This document shows positions 48,615 to 57,503 of a DNA stretch of 64,000 bases, one piece after another. Numbering within the stretch: position 1 is the stretch's first letter; each line of letters opens with the position of its first letter. Source of the stretch: Myxococcota bacterium (GTDB lineage Bacteria > Myxococcota_A > Bradymonadia > UBA4248); the NCBI GenBank assembly GCA_045643185.1, contig JAZUKH010000046.1, forward strand, positions 10,883 to 74,882, read 5' to 3'. The notes beneath the pieces are model-generated. The model ran no database searches and was not told the DNA's origin. It saw only the letters and a program-made list of their open reading frames with translations. The position numbers were made by a program, and so were the translations under genes.

Positions 48615-50318
48615 TCAGTGATGATGACAGGTTTGTTCATAAGTGATTGGATTTGTGCTTAGGTTTTCACAGCCGTTTTCATCATTTCCGTCGCAGTTTT
48701 CATAGGTTGAATATGTATTCTCACGGTCCCAGCATGTCGATTTGACATGGCCATTTTCACAGGTGAAGGCTTTGGCATGCATGGCATCTAGGTCGTATTT
48801 TTTATACAGGTCAATGTCGCATTCACCGCAATGTTTGATATCTGTTTGGAAATCAGCACAATCACCGGAGCAGAAATGAAGTCCTGACGGGCATTTGCAG
48901 GTTCCGGAGAGGCATGAAGCTTCACCGCATGCGTTGTTGCATGTCCCGCAATGATCGTGATTGTTAAGAAGATCGGTTTCGCATCCGTTGACCGGGTCGC
49001 CGTCGCAGTCGGCATGATCGGGCATACAGGTGCCGCTGCAGTCGGTCCAGTGTCGCTGAGTCAGATTGACGCATTCATTGTCGCACGGTGTTTCGTAAGA
49101 TCTGCAAGGCATCGTGCATGTGCCAGCATCGCAAGTGTCCTCAGGACGACATTCTTGGCCGCATGCGCCGCAGTTGAGGGAATCGCTGGCGATGTTGGTT
49201 TCGCAGCCATTGGAAGCCTCGTTATCGCAGTCGGCATAACCGGCAACGCAGGTGCCGTCGCAGTCAGTCCAGTGAAGCGGCGTGAGATCGACGCAGTTTT
49301 CACCGCATCCCGTCTGGTCGAGCGGGCACTGACGGCACTGGCCGTGGTAGCATTTTTCGCCGATTTCGCAGGCGTGACCGCATGTGCCGCAATTTACGGT
49401 ACTTGTTGAAGCCTCGTCTTCGCAACCATTGGTGAGGTCGTTGTCGGCATCGCACCAGCCCGGGGCGCAGGCGTCACAGCTGGACAGGTGGAGCACTGTC
49501 ATGTCGGCCTCGCAGCCGTTGCTGGCGTTTTGATCGAGGTCACAAAAGCCGGCTGCACAGGTTGCGCAGTCGGCGTTCTGGTGCAGATATTCGGCCGAAG
49601 CTTCGCAGCCGTTTGTGGCCATGTCGTGGTCGGCATCGCACCAGTTGATTTGGCATGTATCGCACGAAATCAGGTGGTTTTGAGTCAGATCGACGCAGTT
49701 TTCGCCGCAGACGGCTAGGCCGTATTCGGCAGAACAGAGGGATGCGCATTCGCCGTGAACGCAGTATTCAAAGGCGTGGCATTGGTTTCCGCATGCGCCG
49801 CAGTGATCGCGATCGGCGGTCAGTTTTTGTTCGCAGCCGTTTGTGGCATCGCCGTCGCAGTCGCCGTAGCCGGGCTGGCACGTGTCGCATGTGCTCTGAT
49901 GACGGTCGGTCAGGGCGCTTTCGCAGCCATTGGTGAGGTCGTTGTCGGCGTCGCACCAGCCGCTTTCGCAGGCATCACAGGCTTGGTTCAGGTGATGGGC
50001 GTAGGCGCTGAATTCGCAGCCGTTGGCCATATCGTGGTCGGCATCACACCAGCCCTCGAGGCAGGTTGAACACATCACCAGGTGGTTCTGAGCGAGGTTG
50101 GTGCATTTTCCCCCGCACATGAAAAAGCCTTGTTCTGCCTGGCAGTCGACGATGTCGCAGCAGGATGTGCCGCAAATTTGTTTGCCTTCCGGGCATTTCG
50201 TGTCGCAGGTGTCGCACGAAGGCGTGTCATCGGGCGTCTTGGAGGCTTCGTCGCTTTCGGATTCGCATCCCGCCAGGAAAAGTACAGTCAGAGCAAGAAT
50301 AATGGGGATCTTTTTCAT
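48615..50318 (-). CDS. Cysteine-rich repeat lipoprotein (567 aa), paralog of the preceding gene
   Basis: Lipobox MKKIPIILALTVLFLAGC; same module types as the 46436-48514 product. Confidence 0.7.
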   Translation of the reverse strand: MKKIPIILALTVLFLAGCESESDEASKTPDDTPSCDTCDTKCPEGKQICGTSCCDIVDCQAEQGFFMCGGKCTNLAQNHLVMCSTCLEGWCDADHDMANGCEFSAYAHHLNQACDACESGWCDADNDLTNGCESALTDRHQSTCDTCQPGYGDCDGDATNGCEQKLTADRDHCGACGNQCHAFEYCVHGECASLCSAEYGLAVCGENCVDLTQNHLISCDTCQINWCDADHDMATNGCEASAEYLHQNADCATCAAGFCDLDQNASNGCEADMTVLHLSSCDACAPGWCDADNDLTNGCEDEASTSTVNCGTCGHACEIGEKCYHGQCRQCPLDQTGCGENCVDLTPLHWTDCDGTCVAGYADCDNEASNGCETNIASDSLNCGACGQECRPEDTCDAGTCTMPCRSYETPCDNECVNLTQRHWTDCSGTCMPDHADCDGDPVNGCETDLLNNHDHCGTCNNACGEASCLSGTCKCPSGLHFCSGDCADFQTDIKHCGECDIDLYKKYDLDAMHAKAFTCENGHVKSTCWDRENTYSTYENCDGNDENGCENLSTNPITYEQTCHHH

Positions 50319-50397
50319 TATGCAGAATCTGAAATGTCGCGTGTTGTCATTCAGCACGACTGTTAATAATATATAAGGATGCTTTTTATATAATATG

Positions 50398-50468
50398 GGC
50401 GCGGGCTATCGGCGTTGCCGATCCGCCCGACGGGCGCGGGCTATCGGCGTTGCCGATACGCCCGCTTT
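50398..50468. repeat. 35-bp direct repeat x2, each containing the palindrome ATCGGCGTTGCCGAT, downstream of lon
   Basis: GGGCGCGGGCTATCGGCGTTGCCGAT occurs at 50398 and 50433. Confidence 0.7.
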
Positions 50469-50550
50469 GGCGGCGCTTCTCCCTCGCTTGAGCCGCCCGA
50501 ACCGGACGGCTCTACGCTCGCTCAATACGCGCCGCCCCTTTTGATACGTC

Positions 50551-53067
50551 TCAGACCCTGGCTTCTGGGGCATCCACATTTTTGACGACAGAAGTAGATT
50601 TTGTGATGCGTTTGCACGGCGTTTTGGTTTTGCCAAAGACGATCTGGATGACCTGGTCGATGGTTTCGACGCTTTTGAGGGTGATATTGGCTCGAATCTC
50701 TTCGGGAATGTCGTCGAGGTCGCGTTCATTCTCTTTGGGGAAGAGCACGGTCTTGATGCCGGCTCTGTAAGCGCCGAGGACTTTTTCTCTCAGTCCACCG
50801 ATCGGTAAAGCCAGCCCACGCAAAGAGATCTCGCCCGTCATCGCTATATCTGCGGGCACGAGCTGGTCGGTGAAGAGGCTCATGAGCGCGGTGAAGATGG
50901 CGCAACCAGCAGAAGGCCCATCTTTGGGCGTTGCCGCAGCCGGGAAATGAACGTGCACGTCTTTATTTTCGAGGAAATCCGGGGCGAGTCCGAGTTTTTC
51001 AGCGCGCGAACGAAGAACGGTGAGCGCCGTGGTGATGCTTTCTTGCATGACATCGCCGAGTTTACCCGTCATGACGATCTTGCCCTTGCCCGGTACGACC
51101 GTGGTCTCGATCATCAAAATTTCGCCGCCGCACGAGGTCCAGGCGAGCCCTGTGGCGACGCCTGTCACGGGGTGCTTTTGGGCTTTGTCGTGGTCATAAC
51201 GTGGTTTTCCCAAAAAGTTGGTGATGGTTTTGGCAGACACCGTCGTCTTTTTGGCGCGTTTGTTGTCGTTTTTGGCTTCAGCCACGGTCGTGGCGACTTT
51301 ACGCATGATGGCTGAGAGGCGTTGTTCGAGTTGACGCACACCAGCTTCGTGGGTGTAGCGCGAAATGACTTCTTCGAGCGCGTCATTTTTGATCTCGAGG
51401 TTTGATTTGACGAGCCCGTGGTTGTCGAGCAGTTTGGGAATGAGGTGTTCGACGGCGATGTGGTGCTTGTCGACCGTGGTGTAGCCCGGGATCTCGATGA
51501 TCTCCATACGGTCGCGCAGTGCGGGCGGAATGGTGTCGAGCGAGTTGGCCGTCGTGATAAAGAGCACCTGGCTCAGATCGATGGGGAGTTCGACATAGTT
51601 GTCGCTGAACGCGAAGTTCTGTTCTGGGTCAAGGACTTCGAGCAGGGCGCTGGACGGGTCGCCGCGCATATCATTGGCGAGTTTGTCGACTTCATCGAGC
51701 ATGATGACGGGGTTCATCGTCTTGACTTTGCGCAGGGCCTGAACAATGCGTCCGGGCATACTGGCGACGTAGGTGCGACGATGGCCGCGTATCTCACTTT
51801 CGTCGTGCACGCCACCCAGGCTGATGCGATGGAACTTGCGTCCGAGGGCACGCGCGACGCTTTGGCCCAGGCTGGTCTTGCCGACGCCCGGTGGCCCATA
51901 CAAACAAAGGATCGGGGCTTTTAGATCGGGTTTGAGCGCACGCACCGCGAGAAATTCGACGAGGCGGGCTTTGACTTCGGTCAGTCCGAAGTGATCTTCG
52001 TCGAGGATGCGGCGCGCTTCGGCTATGTCGTGGCTGTCTGTCGTGTGCTGTGACCACGGAATGTCGAGCAGCGTTTCAAGATGGGCACGCGCGACGCTGT
52101 ATTCCGAGCCGGACGTCTGCATCTGCGTCATGCGTTTCCACTCTTTCATGCAGTATTCTTTGACTTCGTCGCTCGCTTCGAGCTTTTCGATCTGGGCTTT
52201 GAGTTCGTCGAGGTCGTTATTCTGGTCAGTTTTGTCGCCGACTTGTTCCTGAAGTGCCTTGATCTGCTGTCGCAGGTAGTAGTCGCGTTGCTGCTTTTCC
52301 ATTTCGGCACGGACATTTTGGGCGATCTCTGCCATGAGTTGTGCGATCTGGATCTGTTCGGTCAACAGATGCAGCGTGTGTTCGAGGCGTTCAAAGATGT
52401 TGAGGTGGTTCAGGATCGCTGCGCGGTCTTTGCATGGCACGTCGAGTGTGCGAGCAATGCGGTCACACATCGTGCCCGGGTCGAGCGTGTCGCGGTCGAG
52501 GGCACGCAGCAGGTCTTTGGCTGCCGGCGTTTGTATGCGTTCAAAGATCTGACGCGACAACTGACGGATCACGCGCATTTTGCCCTGAGCTTCGAAGAGC
52601 TGGGCACCGATGGTCGGCAACGGAATCTCGTTGGCATCGGACGTGGTCGTGCGCCAGATATTGGTCTCTTCATCGCGCGTCGTGGCTTCGAGCAGCACGC
52701 GTTTGGTGCCGCGGATCGAGTAACGCATTTCGCCGTCCGGACCTTTTTCGGCTTTCATCACGAGGGCGATCGTCGCCACCGGTAAGTGTGGCGGAAAGTC
52801 TTTTTTGGCTTTGCCGCCCTTGTCGCCAGTTTTGTAGGCAATGACAAGTTCGTGCGATTCGTGGATCGCCGTTTCAAAGATCTTGTCTTCTTCACCGCCC
52901 ATCAGCGTGACGACGGCGGTATCGCCCGGGTAGAGCACGAAATCAGGTGTCAGATAAACAGGAAGACCACGCATCGTCGGCGGAAGCGTCGTCGGATTAA
53001 TTGTATAGGTCTGGCTGCCGTCATCGCTCGATTTGATGGTCGGCATCGGGGTTTTCTTTGAACTCAT
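50551..53067 (-). CDS. lon: ATP-dependent Lon protease
   Basis: Walker A GPPGVGKTSLGQS and catalytic PKDGPSAG motifs; 838 aa; start at MSSKKTP with GGAGA RBS. Confidence 0.95.
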   Translation of the reverse strand: MSSKKTPMPTIKSSDDGSQTYTINPTTLPPTMRGLPVYLTPDFVLYPGDTAVVTLMGGEEDKIFETAIHESHELVIAYKTGDKGGKAKKDFPPHLPVATIALVMKAEKGPDGEMRYSIRGTKRVLLEATTRDEETNIWRTTTSDANEIPLPTIGAQLFEAQGKMRVIRQLSRQIFERIQTPAAKDLLRALDRDTLDPGTMCDRIARTLDVPCKDRAAILNHLNIFERLEHTLHLLTEQIQIAQLMAEIAQNVRAEMEKQQRDYYLRQQIKALQEQVGDKTDQNNDLDELKAQIEKLEASDEVKEYCMKEWKRMTQMQTSGSEYSVARAHLETLLDIPWSQHTTDSHDIAEARRILDEDHFGLTEVKARLVEFLAVRALKPDLKAPILCLYGPPGVGKTSLGQSVARALGRKFHRISLGGVHDESEIRGHRRTYVASMPGRIVQALRKVKTMNPVIMLDEVDKLANDMRGDPSSALLEVLDPEQNFAFSDNYVELPIDLSQVLFITTANSLDTIPPALRDRMEIIEIPGYTTVDKHHIAVEHLIPKLLDNHGLVKSNLEIKNDALEEVISRYTHEAGVRQLEQRLSAIMRKVATTVAEAKNDNKRAKKTTVSAKTITNFLGKPRYDHDKAQKHPVTGVATGLAWTSCGGEILMIETTVVPGKGKIVMTGKLGDVMQESITTALTVLRSRAEKLGLAPDFLENKDVHVHFPAAATPKDGPSAGCAIFTALMSLFTDQLVPADIAMTGEISLRGLALPIGGLREKVLGAYRAGIKTVLFPKENERDLDDIPEEIRANITLKSVETIDQVIQIVFGKTKTPCKRITKSTSVVKNVDAPEARV

Positions 53068-53403
53068 TCTGTCTCCATACGCCAACTTGGGCGCGCGCTA
53101 ACTTGGCAGCCTTGGCTGCCACAAAACACAAAGCGTCCAAATTAAACACCCTTTTTGACTCGCCCACTATTTTTTTAGTTACGATTCAGCTAGGGGCGGG
53201 GATGGCGCAAAGCGCCATGCCTCCGGTGTCATGGCGTGCTCAAAACTGCGGCTGGATGTCGCTGCGATTGTCTCTTTCGTTATGTCCATAACGATAGTCA
53301 TGATTGCCTGCAACATTAAGAAGGTTACAAGCGAAATAAATTCCGTTAAAACACATTGAATGTGTGTGTCTATGGGCAATTTGGATACATGGAGTGAGTT
53401 AAA

Positions 53404-54648
53404 ATGGCGGATAAAAAAGACGATGATCTGTTAAGCCGTTGGATGAATCGCAGTCAGGCTGAAATAACAGCGTCAGACGTGACGCCGGAATCGCGTGAGA
53501 TCGTTCAAAAAGGCGTGACGCCGGACGTTTCTGGTGAAGCGCCGCTTGCTCCGAACCGTCGTTTTATGCCGCCATTGCTCAGTGGGCGTCTGGCTGATTT
53601 TCTTTCGACGCAGCAGCCGCGTCATATCCATGGCGATGGCGAATCGATGACGTCCAAAGACGTGGATTTTGAGATCAAAGACGTTCAAACGCGTGCCGTG
53701 GTGGCGATGTCCATCATTTTGACGAGCCATTTGACGCGGTTTGGCGCGACCACGTTGTCGGAAGCGTCGCTCAACCAGGTTCGCGAGCAGATCATGCGGA
53801 CGTTCAGTGCCCACGATGCCGTGCGCATCGAAGTGGAGGCCTACGACCTGTTGAACTGGTTTGCCGGTGTCATGAACGAGTCGTGGGCCATGTCGACGTC
53901 GGTCACTTCGTTGTCCAGCCCGTCTCAGTGTATGCAAAATCACGTGGCGATGATCGAGCGTGCCATCACCGACAAGCGCGATCTCGAAATGCGTTATTAC
54001 ACGGGTACTCGTGGTGAATTCTCCACTCGCCGTATTTCGCCCATCAAAATAGAAGCTGAAAAATACCTGATCGCTTACTGCCACTCGCGCAAAGAAGAGC
54101 GTAAATTCAGACTCACCCGTATTTTAAGCCTGAACTGGATCGATTCGATGCTGCCTAGTCCGCCCTCCGTGTCAGAATTGCCCGTGTCGATCGAAAATGA
54201 CGAGTCATTGCCCAATATTCCGTCGTCCAACGTGACGATCACGTCCGCCCCTGTGGCGTCCAACGCTGTGTCTCAAACTCACTCGCGGTTGACTGCGCCC
54301 GAACCTGTTCAGCCTGACGTGGTGGCGTCTGACCCGGTTTTGTGCGACGACGAGGACGATCTGCGCGAAATCACGGCGGAAGGCAGCGAAAACGCGTCAC
54401 CGACGCTTCAACCAGGCTCTGTCAGTGACTCAGCCAGTGTCGCCGTCGTGAACGTCAGCGCCGGGTGGATCCCTGAATCACAGATCGAAGCTTATCGGCG
54501 CGATAAGCTTAAAAATGCCGCGGTTCAGGCCACGTTGCCTGGCATCGCCGCAGTGCATGAGCCACCCAAAAGCCAAGACATTGCGTCAAAGCCTGAAAAG
54601 TCAAAACCGAAAAAACCAACGACCGGCTTTTTGCCCGGATTTGAGTAG
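53404..54648 (+). CDS. WYL-domain-containing hypothetical protein
   Basis: Central RYYTGTRGEFSTRRISPIKIE...YLIAYCHSRKEERKFRLTRI resembles the WYL domain consensus; RBS GGAGTGAG. Confidence 0.45.
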   Translation: MADKKDDDLLSRWMNRSQAEITASDVTPESREIVQKGVTPDVSGEAPLAPNRRFMPPLLSGRLADFLSTQQPRHIHGDGESMTSKDVDFEIKDVQTRAVVAMSIILTSHLTRFGATTLSEASLNQVREQIMRTFSAHDAVRIEVEAYDLLNWFAGVMNESWAMSTSVTSLSSPSQCMQNHVAMIERAITDKRDLEMRYYTGTRGEFSTRRISPIKIEAEKYLIAYCHSRKEERKFRLTRILSLNWIDSMLPSPPSVSELPVSIENDESLPNIPSSNVTITSAPVASNAVSQTHSRLTAPEPVQPDVVASDPVLCDDEDDLREITAEGSENASPTLQPGSVSDSASVAVVNVSAGWIPESQIEAYRRDKLKNAAVQATLPGIAAVHEPPKSQDIASKPEKSKPKKPTTGFLPGFE

Positions 54649-54675
54649 CGTACCGCGCGTCTCAACGTGGTTTTT

Positions 54676-54756
54676 GGCCCCTGCCAGGCGAAGGGGTAGC
54701 GGCGTATTTCGCATGCGAAATAGCCGCGTAGGGGGAGGCTTCCCCCTTCAATAATA
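54676..54756. repeat. REP/MITE-like intergenic repeat, copy 6
   Basis: GCCAGGCGAAGGGGTAGCGGCGTAT-TTCGCATGCGAAAT-AGCCGCGTAGGGGGAGGCTTCCCCCTTC. Confidence 0.85.
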
Positions 54757-54798
54757 AAATAAAGGAAGGGGGCGCGATCAGACGCTGGCGTTTATGGA

Positions 54799-55836
54799 TT
54801 AATCTTCAGATTTGCCGTTTTCGTCTTTGTTTTCTTCTGATTTGCCGTTTTCGTCTTTGTTTTCTTCAGATTTGCCGTTTTCGTCTTTGATTTCTTCTGA
54901 TTTGCCGTTTTCGTCTTTGATTTCAGGCGAGGATTGAGGGACGGGCGTCATATCAGATTTGATTTGAGGCGTGCCGTTATTGTCGGTCTCGACCTGGAGT
55001 TCGCCGGAAGGCGTGACGGCGGGAAGATCGGTCATGGAGGCGCGGCGGCGTTTACGGCGATGAGGCTTCATGTGTTTGAGGCTCATGTAGATGGAGTTGA
55101 GGATGCCGAAGCCGACGTAGTAGCAGACGAAGAAGAAGAAAGCCGTTGCTGGGTGGAGAACGAAGCAGAGTGCGGCGAAGAGGAGGACGCCGATGGCGAT
55201 GAAGATGTAGTCGCCGGTGGTCTTTTTGCCTTTGAAGGTCTTGTATTTGACGGTTGAGACCATGAGGATGCCGATGGCGATGGCGATGGCGCCAAAGGTG
55301 TTGACTTCAAAGGAGGTCAGGTTTGTGACGTCGATGATCTGTGGATTTTTGAGCGTGGCCATGACGATGGCAGCGATACAAGCGGCGCCACCGGGTGCGG
55401 GAATGCCTTTGAAGTAGGTCTGGACGCCTTCGGGTGGGGCTTCGACGTTGAATCGGGCGAGTCGGAGGATGGCACCGCATGCGAAGAGGAATGCGGCGAT
55501 GATGCCGTACCAGCCGGCGGAGGTGAGGCAGAAGCCGTAGATGAGGATGGCGGGTGCGATACCGAAGCTGACGGCATCGGCGAGGCTGTCGAGTTCCATG
55601 CCGAATTTTGTGGAGGTGTGCGTGGCGCGTGCGACTTTACCGTCGAAGGTGTCAAAGACGATGCTGCCGATGACCGCGAGGGCGGCGAACATCATGGTGT
55701 CGAGTCGTTCCTGACCGGCCTGGCTTTGGGCTTCGAAGCTCCACGCCATAGACAGGAAGGCGCAGAAGACCGAGCTGAGGGTCACGAGGCTTGGGAGCGC
55801 GAAGACCGCTTTGTTGATTTTCTTAATTTTTGCCAT
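54799..55836 (-). CDS. pssA: CDP-alcohol phosphatidyltransferase, likely phosphatidylserine synthase, with a repetitive acidic C-terminal tail
   Basis: DTFDGKVAR...GMELDSLADAVSFG is the D-G-x-x-A-R...G...D...D motif; C-terminal (K/E)DENGKSEEN x4 from a 30-bp tandem repeat. Confidence 0.65.
   Translation of the reverse strand: MAKIKKINKAVFALPSLVTLSSVFCAFLSMAWSFEAQSQAGQERLDTMMFAALAVIGSIVFDTFDGKVARATHTSTKFGMELDSLADAVSFGIAPAILIYGFCLTSAGWYGIIAAFLFACGAILRLARFNVEAPPEGVQTYFKGIPAPGGAACIAAIVMATLKNPQIIDVTNLTSFEVNTFGAIAIAIGILMVSTVKYKTFKGKKTTGDYIFIAIGVLLFAALCFVLHPATAFFFFVCYYVGFGILNSIYMSLKHMKPHRRKRRRASMTDLPAVTPSGELQVETDNNGTPQIKSDMTPVPQSSPEIKDENGKSEEIKDENGKSEENKDENGKSEENKDENGKSED
54806..54925. repeat. 30-bp tandem repeat x4 inside the pssA 3' end
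   Basis: TCAGATTTGCCGTTTTCGTCTTTGTTTTCT repeated four times with one or two substitutions. Confidence 0.85.
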
Positions 55837-55883
55837 GAAAGCGTTTCCTAAAGTAGTTAGAAGTTTGTGGGTGGGCGTCGCGA

Positions 55884-56246
55884 TTATGAATGTGTTTTGG
55901 GCGTCCAACGGGTCTTATCTCTTGCGTCGATCTTTTCTAGCGTTTTTTGCATGAGGTCGTCGAGTTTGATGTGATGACCATTGGCAAAGCAAATGAGGAC
56001 GAGGAGGAGATCTCCGAGTTCTTCTTCGACGTTTGCGACTTCCTCGAATTTATCTGTGGCTTTGAGCTTTTTAGCGCCTTCGGCGTATGAGACGGCTCTT
56101 GCGAGTTCTCCAAGTTCTTCGGAGAGGCGCGCGAGCTGAATGAAGGAGGGAAAATAGCCTTCTTCGAACTGATCGATCCACTGATCGACGCGATCCTGAG
56201 CCTCTTTGAAGGTGAGTGGAGCAGATTTTGGCAGATCGTAGGACAT
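55884..56246 (-). CDS. MazG-like nucleotide pyrophosphohydrolase
   Basis: EELGELARAV...EEELGDLLLVL EExxE-type helices typical of the MazG/NTP-PPase fold; 120 aa. Confidence 0.55.
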   Translation of the reverse strand: MSYDLPKSAPLTFKEAQDRVDQWIDQFEEGYFPSFIQLARLSEELGELARAVSYAEGAKKLKATDKFEEVANVEEELGDLLLVLICFANGHHIKLDDLMQKTLEKIDARDKTRWTPKTHS

Positions 56247-56299
56247 GATGAGACCTTGGTTAAGGGCGATTGCCCGTGAGCGGCTTTTGGGCGAATTGC

Positions 56300-56341
56300 G
56301 TGTGAGCTTTAAAGTGTGAGCTTTAAAGTGTGAGCTTTAAT
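56300..56341. repeat. 14-bp tandem repeat x3 (GTGTGAGCTTTAAA) in the divergent mazG-like / rplU intergenic region
   Basis: Read directly from the sequence. Confidence 0.85.
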
Positions 56342-56565
56342 ATGGTTAGCTTGCATGACTTTATTTTGGTAAAGTTTGCGTCCATGGCATGCCCAAGAAG
56401 CAGGGCGCATTTTATCATAAAAATAACTTGACGCAACAGGGGGGATGCGTGTAGAAATGTGCGTCATTTCGGAGGGTGGAAATTTTTTACCTTCTGATAG
56501 ATTCAGCCCCGTTCGCGCCTGAGAGCGCGTTATTTTGTATCTTTAGAAAGACTGAGGTTTGTGAA

Positions 56566-56871
56566 ATGTACGCTGTGATTCGCACAGGTGGTAAACAGTA
56601 CCGCGTTAGTCAGGACGACGTTTTGCGCGTTGAAACGCTGAAAGCGGAAGTCGGTTCGACAGTGAAATTTGATGTTCTCGCGATTGGCGAGGGCGAGGGT
56701 CTCCGCATCGGTAAACCGGTCGTGGATGGCGCGAAAGTTGAAGGCGTTGTTCTGAAACAGGCGCGTGCTCGTAAAGTTCTTATCTACAAATTCGAAAATA
56801 CGAAGAATTATCACCGTAAAAAAGGTCATCGTCAGGCCTACACGGAAGTTCGTATTTCTACGATCGGCTAA
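56566..56871 (+). CDS. rplU: 50S ribosomal protein L21
   Basis: MYAVIRTGGKQYRVSQDDVLRVE canonical L21 N-terminus. Confidence 0.9.
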   Translation: MYAVIRTGGKQYRVSQDDVLRVETLKAEVGSTVKFDVLAIGEGEGLRIGKPVVDGAKVEGVVLKQARARKVLIYKFENTKNYHRKKGHRQAYTEVRISTIG

Positions 56872-56898
56872 TCTCGATCATTACTAGGAGAATTAGAA

Positions 56899-57159
56899 AT
56901 GGCTCATAAGAAAGGTCAAAGCTCAAGCCGTAACGGTCGTGATAGCAATCCGCAGTTCCGCGGCGTGAAAGTTTATGGTGGTCAGGCCTGCCGCGCTGGT
57001 AACATCATCGTTCGTCAGTGTGGTACGCGCGTTCACCCGGGTCTCAACGTTGGTGTTGGCCGTGACTGGACGATCTTCGCCCTCGTCGATGGCATCGTCA
57101 GCTTCGAAACCTACAACCGCGGCAAAAAACGCGTCAGCGTTATCCCCGCTGAAGGCTAA
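56899..57159 (+). CDS. rpmA: 50S ribosomal protein L27
   Basis: [29 protein letters not shown] canonical L27 N-terminus; RBS AGGAGAA. Confidence 0.9.
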   Translation: MAHKKGQSSSRNGRDSNPQFRGVKVYGGQACRAGNIIVRQCGTRVHPGLNVGVGRDWTIFALVDGIVSFETYNRGKKRVSVIPAEG

Positions 57160-57312
57160 TCGCTTTCAAATTTTTTAGGCCGTGTTTCGCACGCGCCTTC
57201 CTGTATGGATCGGTGAATCACTGATTCAATCCCCAAAGCACAAAAAGTAATTCCGCCTCCTTGGGTTGCTTTTTGTGCTTTTTTGTATCTGCTCTCCGAT
57301 GGCATTTTTAGA

Positions 57313-57378
57313 TGGGGGAAGTCTCCCCCTACGCGGCTATTTCGCATGCGAAATACGCCGCTACCCCCTCTGCCTACG
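57313..57378. repeat. REP/MITE-like intergenic repeat, copy 7 (inverted, one end diverged)
   Basis: GGGGGAAGTCTCCCCCTACGCGGCTAT-TTCGCATGCGAAAT-ACGCCGCTACCCCCTCTGCCTACGG. Confidence 0.8.
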
Positions 57379-57503
57379 GCTTCCTGTCGACTTGTGCCTC
57401 GGCCCTGTCGTCCACAAAAAAAACGCGCTGTGTCGCGAAGTCGTGCCTGGACGCGGCTTTTCGCAAGACGAACGGCCTTCTTCGTGATTGATTTGTACTG
57501 AAT

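Noticed and set aside
46773-50069. Multiple 60-170-aa ORFs in both strands inside the Cys-rich lipoprotein genes (e.g. 46773-47267, 47299-47634, 48951-49409, 49755-50069)
   Set aside because: These are alternative-frame readings of highly repetitive GC-rich Cys-codon DNA; the long lipobox-initiated frames explain the region.
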